Virus record (IMG/VR): IMGVR_UViG_3300030376_004046
Location: 48,712-68,711 of that record
Length of the DNA: 20,000 nt
Source: an uncultured virus (IMG/VR IMGVR_UViG_3300030376_004046)
Lineage: Duplodnaviria; Heunggongvirae; Uroviricota; Caudoviricetes
Strand: one strand, 5' to 3'
The translations under genes were made by a program, and so were the position numbers. The notes beneath the pieces were generated by a model. It made no database searches. It was given only the letters and a program-made list of their open reading frames with translations, and was not told the origin of the DNA. Each line of letters begins with the position of its first letter. Within the stretch, counting starts at the first letter, position 1. Below are positions 8,041 to 17,232 of this stretch, piece after piece.

Positions 8041-8361
8041 ATGGCTAAATACTTTAATATAACTGGTGCATCATCTGCAGCTGCTGAATTAACTAGAGAG
8101 TTATTAGCGCCTGGAGATGGTGTAAGAGTTTCTTCTATATCACTAGTTAACGTGCACGCAGACACTAAGTGTACCGTTGATTTATATATAGAAAAATCTT
8201 TAACTGGTAAATTTTATATATTAAAGAGCGTTGAACTACCTATAGGTGCAACACTAGTACATGATTTTACCTTTAACAATGGTACTAATGAATTTGGTTT
8301 ATATTTAAAATTAACTAAATCAGCATCTGAAACACCTTCTGTAGATGTAATAATTAAATAA
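8041..8361 (+). CDS. Putative small beta-rich virion protein
   Basis: Beta-strand-like pattern (SISLVNV, TVDLYIE, FYILKSVELPIGATLV) within the structural cluster. Confidence 0.65.
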   Translation: MAKYFNITGASSAAAELTRELLAPGDGVRVSSISLVNVHADTKCTVDLYIEKSLTGKFYILKSVELPIGATLVHDFTFNNGTNEFGLYLKLTKSASETPSVDVIIK

Positions 8362-8367
8362 AATAAA

Positions 8368-11300
8368 ATGGCAATAGATTGTTTAGATTGTAAAATAGTT
8401 ATATCAAACACCTCAGGCGTTTTGGGTGGCCCAATAACTTTTACAGATCCATTTACTGGTCTTTCTAACACAGTTTCATATCCTTATTTTGAACCAGGTG
8501 AGGTTGCAAAATATGACAATTTGTTTTGGATAAAATGTCCTTATTTTCCAACACCAAACAATCCTTTTGCAGGTGGTGAACAAATAAAAAGATTTGTAAT
8601 TACAGAGAGTGACTGTACTCTTGGGCATGCTGACACTGGACCAACATCTGTTATATGGACTCCTAATAATAATCCATTAGGTATTACTTCTACAGGTAAA
8701 GGTATGTGCGCTAAAAATGCAACAACATTAATAATAGGTAGTGTATCTTTAAACTTGGGTACTGATTGGCTTTGTGAGGTAGATGTAAGTGGTTCCACAG
8801 CGGTGGTAACACCTTTGTTTCAAGCTGGAGGTTTTATAAACGGAGACATTGTTTATATACCTTCTACTGATACAATAGTCGCTACTGTAGACACAGGTTC
8901 AGGTTTAACTTTTGCTATTCACTATGACATGAATGGTAACGTTTTGGGCCAAAGTTCTTTAAATTTAATAGGTACAAATCCAGATTCTGTTTTTTCTCAA
9001 GATGATGATGTTTATATCTGTACTAATAATAACATATTTCAATTTGATTTATCTTCTTATACGTTAAATCCTTCTATATTAACTAATGTCGGTGCGGGTG
9101 TTACTGATACTGGTAGTCATCCAGAGTGTTATATTAAAGATTTTTGTTATGAAATAGGTGATGTAACAAGCACGTTTAACGGTGGGGCAGGTGGTATTGT
9201 TTTTGCTACACCGTTTACTGGTTTAAATCAAACGCCTTTTTATTATGAAGTAGCTTTTGATGATTTAGCTACGGGTACCACGCCTATAAATACCGTATTC
9301 ACTGATGATTCATTTCCTTTTTCACAATATAACTCTCCAGATGGACAAGTTCAATGTGGTGAAGAAATATTTGCTGGTTCCTTGGGTACACCTATATACA
9401 AACCGTGGGATCTTTTAGGTGCTGAATTTGGTTCTTACAATAACGGTTTAACAATACCCACCTCAACTGATTTTGGCACCGGTGATGTTAATACATTTAA
9501 CATTTTAAATCACCCTGCCACACCTACTTTCCCTACACACGATATAGCTGCTTATTTATGTTCAAACTACATATTTAATGGAACTAAAGGTTGGTTTTTA
9601 CCGTCGTTAATGGAGTTTCATTTATTAGCTACTAATCTTGGGCCTGGAACTCCTTTTGAAAATGATTTAAATTTAGACACTAATTTTAGTAGATTACAAA
9701 ACACTTATTGGACTTCTTCTGAGGTTAATGGTAAAATACTTAACCCTCTTTATCCCGACACATCTCTTAAATATATAGGAGGTCCAGACGATTTTAAATC
9801 AGATCCTTTCGCTTGGGGTTATACAGCTGTTAACCCAACTCCTCCATATAGTGCTTCTACTTTTACTCCAGGACCTCATGTTTTTGCTAGATGTAATACT
9901 CTTTCTGTAAGAGCTATAAGAAAATTTGAGTGTGTAGAGCCAGAACCTACTCCAGAAATTCCTTTCAATTGGGTAGATGATGTACAGTACAGACAAAACA
10001 AAATTCAGCAAGAATTTAGTATGTCAACTGGTATAAATCTTGCTGGTAGCGCTGCTAGTAACTGGAGTAGAACAATGTTAACCGGTCCTAGTAAACTTGC
10101 ACCATCTTTAGACCCATCAACTTGGGTTACTAGTGAATATGAATTTGATGCTGTTATTGGATTAGAAGAATTTAGATGGGCTGTAAGTGCTACAGATGTA
10201 GCTGGTAATAAATATGACGTAGGCGATTTTAGTGATTTTAATAACCCAGATGGTTATAAGTTTAAATTTTATACAGCTGACAAGGTATTTTTAGGGGAAT
10301 GGCATTATCAAAATTGTGAAGTAAAACAACCAGGTATGCAGCATAATATCTTTGATAATCCTGTATACTCTTTTGCTAACGCACCTTGGTTTGATGATAC
10401 GGTGTTTCCAGGTAGAATATCTTTAATATTTACAAACCCTACACATATTAGTGGAGATTATCCAATTGTTTCATATGGTTTTTATGATTCTGTTTGGGGT
10501 CAAGGTGAATCTAGAGGTAGAAAAGTAGATAATTCATGTGCAACGTGTTGTAACGATGCAATACATGTGTTAGCAGATCCTTCAGTACCTTTACAAGGAT
10601 ATACTAGGTCTCATTTTCCGTACTTACCAGATCCTAAGTTTCATTATGCTTATGATAATGAATATGAAGAAGGAACTTTTCAAGGTACTACTGGTAGTTA
10701 TGCTTTTATTCATTTTAGTTGTAAAATGGCTGATCAAAAAACAATACCTTTGCCTGATATGAACACTGGCACCAACACTACAACAAATGCTAAAAATGTT
10801 ATTTGTCTTAAAGAACCTTTTAATGATATAAAACAAACACCAGGACAAAACGTTTTGGCTGAAAAAACAAGTGGACACATAGGTACCGCTTATCCACTTA
10901 CTAGAGACTACGGAGATGATTGCCAGGGCAATTGGATAGGTTTACAACCTTCGTCTTTTAACACTAATATTTATTCAAACTATGCTTTATCAGGTAGTAA
11001 CCCACCTGTAACTTTAGGTTTAATCGGTGCGCCAACTAACCCGAATGGGAGTTATGGGGTAGGTACTTTAAGTACGTTAAGATCTATTAATAAACCATTC
11101 TTTCCAAAACATTTTTTATGGACTTGGCATGCTGTTTTTGACCCAAATCAATTTACAAATAATTTAACACCAATTTTTGATAATTTTTTAGATGGTTTAG
11201 ATTCAGGTTGTAGTCATGGTTGTAGTTACGATGTAGGAGACACGGGTCCAGCAGGAGGTATTATTTGTGCTGTTCCATATATGAATGTTAATGATACTTC

Positions 11301-12792
11301 AAATGCTATTTACGGTCCTATTGTACCGCCTATACAAGGTAATGTAACTTTAGTTAACCCAACTAATTTTTACTATGAATTATCGCCTGTAAACTTAAAT
11401 ACACCATCTACATCTAGTTACACTAACTATCCACAATGGGGTTCTCAAGACATTATAAATGGTATAGATATAAATGTTGCTTTTGATCCTAATTATGCTG
11501 GTTTATGGGCCTTTGACTCTAGTTTATATGATTATTTTGGTACCGGTCCAAACTTACTTGATTATCCATCTGGCCCACTAAATGACAGTTGGGAAATGGA
11601 ACAAGTTGGTCAAGGAAAAATTACACATGATGCAATGATTGCTGTTAACAATGGTAATCCTGTACTTACTTTACCTACAAACCCCGCAAATCCACCAGGT
11701 GATTATTACAATGCTTTTGAGGCGTGTGATAATTATACTTTAAATAATTTTGATGATTGGTTTTTACCAAACGTAAGAGAAATGGAGTTTGCTAGAAGTT
11801 ACACGCCACCAGGAACATTACATAATTCACTTGGCGCTTATACAGCTTCTATTACTTGGAATACAGGTTCTAGTGAAACTAGTTATTGGACATCTAATAC
11901 CGCTAAAGGAAATCCAAACTCTTTTTATGCCCCATCAAACTATACTAGTGGAAGTCAGTTTCCTATGACAGCAGCCCAAACCACTTTTCATGAAAACTCC
12001 GGTGGTACAGCTTATATACCACAAAACTATCAATTTGTAAACTATGTAAGTGGAGGATTTGCGCTTAATTACGGTTATGTAGTTGCATCTGATCCTTTAG
12101 TTGAAGCAAATCCAATAGATAATCCCATAGGTCCTGGTTGGAGAACTCCTAGTAGTAGAATTAATAGACATAATGTTAGAGCAATGCGTAGATTTACCTG
12201 TCCACCACCCGCTGTAGTGGGTGCAGAAAAATATACTTGGTCTTTATGTGCTTATAAAGATACTAGCGGGGTAATTAATTTTTTCCCTGGTCCTTGGGTT
12301 GTTGGTTCTGTTTATGATCAAGGCCCAGTAGTTATGGATAATATAGGTTCTAATGCGTTTGCAGATGATTGGGTAGCTGATGTTCAAACTACTTTAGGTG
12401 TATCTGTAATGCCAGGACAGGTTGTTGGGGTTAATTTTTCACCACCTTTACCAGGTGGTATGACAGATTTATATATTAAATTTGAAGGTTTAAGTTTACC
12501 TTGGGATGAAAAATTAGAAATAACAGGTTTATTAGCAACACCAGTTACCACTGTTACATACACATTACACCAAGACTGTGATACTGCTATCTATGGAGTA
12601 TCTATAGTTGATCCTGATGATACAAGCACCGCTCGTTTACAAGCGCCTGATGTTAAATTTAAAAAGAGAGTAACTACAACGGAAATTATAAATGAAGAGC
12701 AAAAAAAGGAAAATAGAGATATAATAGAAAAAAACAGAGAAAACAAAAATATAATAAGAAAAAATGGACAAAATGATAAGCGGACATATTAG
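8368..12792 (+). CDS. Large (1474 aa) putative receptor-binding/adhesin protein with two DUF1566 (Lcl/C-type-lectin-like) domains
   Basis: Two copies of C-Y-x-[IV]GD...AGGI, A..C.NY..N...W FLP...E, YWTS, VRA[IM]R[KR]F.C at about 9145-9933 and 11221-12201. No signal peptide. Confidence 0.7.
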   Translation: MAIDCLDCKIVISNTSGVLGGPITFTDPFTGLSNTVSYPYFEPGEVAKYDNLFWIKCPYFPTPNNPFAGGEQIKRFVITESDCTLGHADTGPTSVIWTPNNNPLGITSTGKGMCAKNATTLIIGSVSLNLGTDWLCEVDVSGSTAVVTPLFQAGGFINGDIVYIPSTDTIVATVDTGSGLTFAIHYDMNGNVLGQSSLNLIGTNPDSVFSQDDDVYICTNNNIFQFDLSSYTLNPSILTNVGAGVTDTGSHPECYIKDFCYEIGDVTSTFNGGAGGIVFATPFTGLNQTPFYYEVAFDDLATGTTPINTVFTDDSFPFSQYNSPDGQVQCGEEIFAGSLGTPIYKPWDLLGAEFGSYNNGLTIPTSTDFGTGDVNTFNILNHPATPTFPTHDIAAYLCSNYIFNGTKGWFLPSLMEFHLLATNLGPGTPFENDLNLDTNFSRLQNTYWTSSEVNGKILNPLYPDTSLKYIGGPDDFKSDPFAWGYTAVNPTPPYSASTFTPGPHVFARCNTLSVRAIRKFECVEPEPTPEIPFNWVDDVQYRQNKIQQEFSMSTGINLAGSAASNWSRTMLTGPSKLAPSLDPSTWVTSEYEFDAVIGLEEFRWAVSATDVAGNKYDVGDFSDFNNPDGYKFKFYTADKVFLGEWHYQNCEVKQPGMQHNIFDNPVYSFANAPWFDDTVFPGRISLIFTNPTHISGDYPIVSYGFYDSVWGQGESRGRKVDNSCATCCNDAIHVLADPSVPLQGYTRSHFPYLPDPKFHYAYDNEYEEGTFQGTTGSYAFIHFSCKMADQKTIPLPDMNTGTNTTTNAKNVICLKEPFNDIKQTPGQNVLAEKTSGHIGTAYPLTRDYGDDCQGNWIGLQPSSFNTNIYSNYALSGSNPPVTLGLIGAPTNPNGSYGVGTLSTLRSINKPFFPKHFLWTWHAVFDPNQFTNNLTPIFDNFLDGLDSGCSHGCSYDVGDTGPAGGIICAVPYMNVNDTSNAIYGPIVPPIQGNVTLVNPTNFYYELSPVNLNTPSTSSYTNYPQWGSQDIINGIDINVAFDPNYAGLWAFDSSLYDYFGTGPNLLDYPSGPLNDSWEMEQVGQGKITHDAMIAVNNGNPVLTLPTNPANPPGDYYNAFEACDNYTLNNFDDWFLPNVREMEFARSYTPPGTLHNSLGAYTASITWNTGSSETSYWTSNTAKGNPNSFYAPSNYTSGSQFPMTAAQTTFHENSGGTAYIPQNYQFVNYVSGGFALNYGYVVASDPLVEANPIDNPIGPGWRTPSSRINRHNVRAMRRFTCPPPAVVGAEKYTWSLCAYKDTSGVINFFPGPWVVGSVYDQGPVVMDNIGSNAFADDWVADVQTTLGVSVMPGQVVGVNFSPPLPGGMTDLYIKFEGLSLPWDEKLEITGLLATPVTTVTYTLHQDCDTAIYGVSIVDPDDTSTARLQAPDVKFKKRVTTTEIINEEQKKENRDIIEKNRENKNIIRKNGQNDKRTY

Positions 12793-13228
12793 TTATAAAG
12801 AAAGCGTGTATAGCACAACTGCTTTACGTAGAGGTATAGATAACAAACCTAATGAAGAGCAATTAGCAAACATGAAATTAATTGGTGAAAAAATATTTGA
12901 ACCACTTAGAGAATATGTTGGTGGACCTATAAAAATAAATAGCTTTTTTAGAGGTAAAGAGTTAAACAAGGCTATTGGTGGTAGTAATAGATCACAACAT
13001 TGCAAAGGCCAAGCTATGGATATTGATGACACGTTTGGTTATAAAACAAATGCACAAATGTATGATTTTATAAAACATAATTTAGATTTTGATCAAATGA
13101 TATGGGAGTTTGGTAATGATGATAATCCTAACTGGGTACATATCAGTTATGTTTCACCTAATAAAAATAGACAGGTTTGTTTAAAAGCATATAAACAAAA
13201 CGGTAGAACTAAATACATGGTTATATAA
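12764..13228 (+). CDS. Peptidase M15 family zinc peptidase, putative endolysin
   Basis: SFFR..ELNKAIGGS.RSQHCKGQAMD (H-x6-D) and WVHISY zinc-ligand motifs. Confidence 0.9.
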   Translation: MDKMISGHISYKESVYSTTALRRGIDNKPNEEQLANMKLIGEKIFEPLREYVGGPIKINSFFRGKELNKAIGGSNRSQHCKGQAMDIDDTFGYKTNAQMYDFIKHNLDFDQMIWEFGNDDNPNWVHISYVSPNKNRQVCLKAYKQNGRTKYMVI

Positions 13229-14889
13229 TGGACAATAGATTAATGACACTAGCAGGTTTATCACCTTTAAAACAAGATGATAACAAAGAAGAAGTAAGAA
13301 CTTATGAACTAATGGATTTTGATGATCTTATTATTAGACAACAGTTTAATGAATCAAGATTTAAATCAGATGCAGTTAGTCCTGCCGGTGCTATTAGCAT
13401 TGCACAAATAACTAAACAAACTTTTAATGAGGGTATAAAAAATGGTTACGTTCCAAAAGATACTAAATTTGAAGATTTAGCAAAAGATGATGCTTTAGCA
13501 GAAAAATTCCAAAGAGCATACATAAAAGATTTAATGACTAGATCTTGGAATAAAGGTTCTGATGTGGTTAAACAAGCAAAAGCTTTAGCTGCATATAACA
13601 TGGGTCCTACTAGACTTGTAAATATACTTAATGAAATGAAAGCAGATGGTATAGATATATATAGTGATGATATGTTATGGGTGGCAAAATTACCAGAGTA
13701 TCACAAGCACTTAAAAGGAACTAAAAAAGGAGAAAGTATAATTGAATCAATGAATTATGTTGAAAATATAATGCTAGGTGGAGATGAGATATACGAAAAC
13801 AATTACAAAAGATTATATGATGAAAGATTTCCAGAAGAAGAAGTAATAGAAGAAGAAAAAGAACTTAGTTTTTTTGAAAAAATGATGGAAGCTATGAAAG
13901 ATGTTAAAGCCAAACAACAAAAAACAGAGGGTTCTTTAATGAAACTAAAAGATCCTTATACTGGTGAAAAAATGTTTGAGTCACCTATAAAAAATATTAC
14001 TGTAAATCCTATATCAGGTTTATCACCTTTCAAACAAGCAGAAGAAGAAAGTTTTTTAGATAAATTACCTTCATATACTGATATGTTTGATGTAAAAGCT
14101 TTAATAAGAAAACAACTAGCTAAAAATTTATATCCAGTTGGATACACAGGAAGATATGGAAGTGGTGTTGGATTTGGTGAAAGATTTTTTAATGCTTTGT
14201 TTGGTAGTGAAGATGAAAAAGATTATGCTAATAGTAATACATCTTATAATGATATTGATAGTTATTATAAACGTACAGGATTAGATCCATCTAGAGATCT
14301 TGATTTTATTGCAGAAAAAGAACGTATGGATTTATTACAAATGGTAATGGGTCAAGAACAAAAATATAATACAATACAACCTTCTAGATATAAACCAACT
14401 GTAGGCCATGAAAAAGGTGATAAATATTATCGATCAAAAGCAACAGAAATATCTATAAGAAAAAGTTTAGAAAGTAATTATGTAGAAAGTGAATATGATA
14501 CACTTGGTATGACTAATATATATAGAGAATTACAAAAACAAAAACCTAATAAAAAAGGTATTAAAAGCATATCAAAACGATTAGAGTTTTTAGGCGAATA
14601 TAATAGTTTAGGAAATACTACATTTAGTTTAGGTGAAGATGAAAAAGGAAAGTATATTTCTTATTATGACGTATGGGATTTAGATCCTACACTTGAAAAA
14701 ACAGATAGTGGAATTTTTGTTAATTATCTTGGTTCTACCGATAATAATGCATTAGATAAAATAATATCATCAATTATTGATGGTGCAAGTATTTCAAATA
14801 TATTAGATTTAACACCTCCAAAAATTTATGGAAGAGTTTATTTGAAAGAAGTTTTATCTGAAGATCAGATAAAAGAATTAACTAAATAA
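13228..14889 (+). CDS. Lytic transglycosylase (SLT) domain protein with an unknown C-terminal domain, putative virion-associated/ejected protein
   Basis: ESRFKSDAVSPAGAISIAQI (catalytic Glu in ES, then the AVS..GA.G..Q-type motif) and ALAAYNMGP, followed by an acidic linker and a second domain. Confidence 0.8.
   Translation: MDNRLMTLAGLSPLKQDDNKEEVRTYELMDFDDLIIRQQFNESRFKSDAVSPAGAISIAQITKQTFNEGIKNGYVPKDTKFEDLAKDDALAEKFQRAYIKDLMTRSWNKGSDVVKQAKALAAYNMGPTRLVNILNEMKADGIDIYSDDMLWVAKLPEYHKHLKGTKKGESIIESMNYVENIMLGGDEIYENNYKRLYDERFPEEEVIEEEKELSFFEKMMEAMKDVKAKQQKTEGSLMKLKDPYTGEKMFESPIKNITVNPISGLSPFKQAEEESFLDKLPSYTDMFDVKALIRKQLAKNLYPVGYTGRYGSGVGFGERFFNALFGSEDEKDYANSNTSYNDIDSYYKRTGLDPSRDLDFIAEKERMDLLQMVMGQEQKYNTIQPSRYKPTVGHEKGDKYYRSKATEISIRKSLESNYVESEYDTLGMTNIYRELQKQKPNKKGIKSISKRLEFLGEYNSLGNTTFSLGEDEKGKYISYYDVWDLDPTLEKTDSGIFVNYLGSTDNNALDKIISSIIDGASISNILDLTPPKIYGRVYLKEVLSEDQIKELTK
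13253..14038 (+). repeat. 24-nt direct repeat (23/24 identical) encoding GLSP[L/F]KQ at 13253-13276 and 14015-14038
   Basis: caggtttatcacctttaaaacaag versus caggtttatcacctttcaaacaag. Confidence 0.85.
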
Positions 14890-14917
14890 AAAAAAGGGAG
14901 CATAGCTCCCTTTATTA
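14890..14917. terminator. Intrinsic terminator between convergent blocks, probably bidirectional
   Basis: Inverted repeat aaagggagc-ata-gctcccttt (14893-14913). A long A-run on the left gives a U-tract for - strand transcripts, and tttattatt follows on the right. Confidence 0.85.
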
Positions 14918-16792
14918 TTATAAATTAGTTATCTCACAACTACCACCACTACAAGCTAGTTCACCTGATAAATCTGTTTCGTCTGTAGTTTCTGTGATGT
15001 TAGATAAATCTACATCATTTAAACTTTTAACTCTTTTATTAAACTCTGTTTTAGTAATATCTTCAAACGGTGCTTGAGTATAAGTACCACCATCGTAAGG
15101 TAAAACAGATAAACCATTATACTTATCTCTATTTTCCCACATCCACTCACCTGCTTTTTTCCAGTCTTCTTTCTTTAAACTAATAGTCGCAGATACATTA
15201 TGTGTGTTACTACCTTTTCTGTGACCAGGTTTAACCCACTCTGTAGCTACTTTTTTTACACGTTTAAGTAAATCAAACGCAGACTCAGTTCTTAATATAG
15301 AACCTTGCGGTGCTGACTGTGGTATTTCTATAACAGCAGTATCGTGTGGCCTAAAGTATTCGTCTTCTATTAAATCAGGATTATTTTCTTTTAAATACTT
15401 ATATATAGGTTCATTTTTACCTACACGTAATCTACGTATATAATAATCATTATGCCAAGCATGTATACCAGAAGAAGTTCCAAGTACAAGAGATGTTGTT
15501 CCAGCAGGTTTTATACATGTTGTTCTAGCTGCTTGGTTTATTCCTATTAGCTTTGCTACTCTTGTGTTCTCTCTTTTTACTATACTTGCAGCTTCCTTCA
15601 TATCCATTTGGAGCACAGCGGCACTCCCGATCCCTGTCATTGACACACCTATAAGTGCGTCTTTTTCTGTTGTCTCTTGCCATATTTCTCTTAGATAGTG
15701 GAATTCCGTATAACCTGCTTGAAGCGTGCCTATAAAAGATGCGGCCTTAACTCGTAGGTTAAGATCTTCTTGGCCTGTGACGTCACTTACATTAACTTCG
15801 CATAAGTTACAAAACTGATATGGCCTTAAAGCAATTTCACAACAAGGATTAGTACCCCAATCTTTATCATGATTAAAATATATGCCAGGTTCACCAGCTC
15901 CGGATAATTCAATACGTTTCCACAAATCTAAGAAAAATTCCTTTGTTATTTTATGTCTCATTAATACAGCAGAGTTATTAGCTCTACCACGTTGTGGATT
16001 TACTTCCCACCAATTACCTGATTTACATGAAATCATTTCTTCATCATACGCTGAAAATAACGATATAAGGGCTGCACGACGTATTCCACCAGCAAGTACT
16101 GCATCAGCCACGTGACAAATGATATCGTGTACTTCAAGTGTAGTAAGCTTTGTGCCATCTTCTTTCGCATCTAATATTCCTTTAATTTTTACTAAACATT
16201 CTTTTAACGGTTGTGGTCCTGGAGCTTTACCGCCAGACGTAACAAGCCTAGCTCCTTTTGGTCTAATATCAGAATAATCAAACTTTATCTTAGATGATCT
16301 CTTAGAGCCTAAATAAGACTTAATTAAAACCTTTATTGCATCAGACCAACCTTCAATACTATCACCAATAACAAATCTTCTTGTTCTACCTTTAAATGGT
16401 TTTGTTATGCAAGGGAGTAAGTTAATATGGTGCTTTTGAACTGAATAACCCACTCCACAACCAGAGAGTAAAAGAAACATGCATTCACTGAAGCTATCAA
16501 CATGATCAATAGGTAAGTAACTACAATTGTATAATCTATTTGGGCTAATTTCGATCGGCTTACCGCTGAACTGAAGCGAGCGCATAGATGGTAAAACTTT
16601 TTTTTCATAAACGTATTTATAAGCTAATTGTATTTGGTCTGTTAATTGTGGATACCTTTTTTGGTGCATCTCTTTATTTCTTGTAACTAATTCTTCCCAA
16701 GTCTCTCTTCTATTTAATTCTGGTATATACTTTGCATATTTCATATGCACAGTTAAATCAGATAATATTTTTTTATTTAAATCTACTGTCAT
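14918..16792 (-). CDS. nrdJ: Class II (adenosylcobalamin-dependent) ribonucleotide reductase, monomeric RTPR-like
   Basis: RRETWEE, LPSMRSL, YNCSY, GCGVGYSV, GGIRRAALISL, RANNS, GEPG, TNPCCEI (thiyl-radical Cys), TCIKPAGTTS and a C-terminal redox pair ACSGGSCEI. No NrdB/NrdF gene in the window. Confidence 0.92.
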   Translation of the reverse strand: MTVDLNKKILSDLTVHMKYAKYIPELNRRETWEELVTRNKEMHQKRYPQLTDQIQLAYKYVYEKKVLPSMRSLQFSGKPIEISPNRLYNCSYLPIDHVDSFSECMFLLLSGCGVGYSVQKHHINLLPCITKPFKGRTRRFVIGDSIEGWSDAIKVLIKSYLGSKRSSKIKFDYSDIRPKGARLVTSGGKAPGPQPLKECLVKIKGILDAKEDGTKLTTLEVHDIICHVADAVLAGGIRRAALISLFSAYDEEMISCKSGNWWEVNPQRGRANNSAVLMRHKITKEFFLDLWKRIELSGAGEPGIYFNHDKDWGTNPCCEIALRPYQFCNLCEVNVSDVTGQEDLNLRVKAASFIGTLQAGYTEFHYLREIWQETTEKDALIGVSMTGIGSAAVLQMDMKEAASIVKRENTRVAKLIGINQAARTTCIKPAGTTSLVLGTSSGIHAWHNDYYIRRLRVGKNEPIYKYLKENNPDLIEDEYFRPHDTAVIEIPQSAPQGSILRTESAFDLLKRVKKVATEWVKPGHRKGSNTHNVSATISLKKEDWKKAGEWMWENRDKYNGLSVLPYDGGTYTQAPFEDITKTEFNKRVKSLNDVDLSNITETTDETDLSGELACSGGSCEITNL

Positions 16793-17232
16793 TTATTTTC
16801 TTTAATTAATTCTATTACTTTATCACATTCCTTTTGGTTCTGAGGTTTATATAAGGTTACATGTTTTAAGTTATCATTTACATATTTTTTAAACATTTTC
16901 CATCTCATTGGAAAACTTTCGTTAGCTCTACCTTTACACTCAATTATAAATGTATCAGAAATAAAGTCTGGTGTGTATCTTATAGGTAATATTTTTTTAC
17001 AACCTCTATTAACTAATTCACCTTTACCATTGCTTTGCCTTTCATAACTCTCATTGTCAAACATAAAACCTTCTTGTACTGTATATGTTTTGCCTTCGTA
17101 TTTAGCTTTTATTTTAGCTTTTTTTAAAGCTATATACATATATTTTTCTAAACCACTAGCAAACGTGATCCCGTCAAACTTAACTTTCTTAGCTCTAACA
17201 GGACCACGTTTTCTTTTATATTTCTTTTTCAT
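16789..17232 (-). CDS. PD-(D/E)XK nuclease, T7 endonuclease I-like (putative Holliday junction resolvase)
   Basis: FASGLE, YTPDF and IIECKG motifs match the endonuclease I pattern (SGLE...YTPDF...ETKG). Confidence 0.8.
   Translation of the reverse strand: MKKKYKRKRGPVRAKKVKFDGITFASGLEKYMYIALKKAKIKAKYEGKTYTVQEGFMFDNESYERQSNGKGELVNRGCKKILPIRYTPDFISDTFIIECKGRANESFPMRWKMFKKYVNDNLKHVTLYKPQNQKECDKVIELIKENK

Noticed and set aside
6748..8370. Five consecutive genes in one reading frame, with TAG-AAT-AAC-ATG at 8032-8043, suggesting stop readthrough or TAG recoding
   Set aside because: Each gene has its own ATG and A-rich leader, most junctions use TAA, and one spacer has a further in-frame stop. 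Long intact genes ending in TAA, TAG and TGA fit standard code 11. Occasional readthrough cannot be excluded but is unsupported.
8368..12792. Diversity-generating retroelement acting on the DUF1566-like domains
   Set aside because: No reverse transcriptase in the window, and I saw no near-identical repeat pair differing only at adenines. The two domains are highly diverged.
1404..14147. Antisense or nested ORFs in the + block (1404-1610, 2375-2566, 2916-3185, 3837-4121, 5048-5248, 8214-8471, 8541-8798, 9799-10011, 10624-10878, 12793-13032, 13956-14147)
   Set aside because: They overlap better-supported genes, show no motifs, and have the composition expected of shadow frames (e.g. the Phe-rich mirror of a Lys-rich gene).
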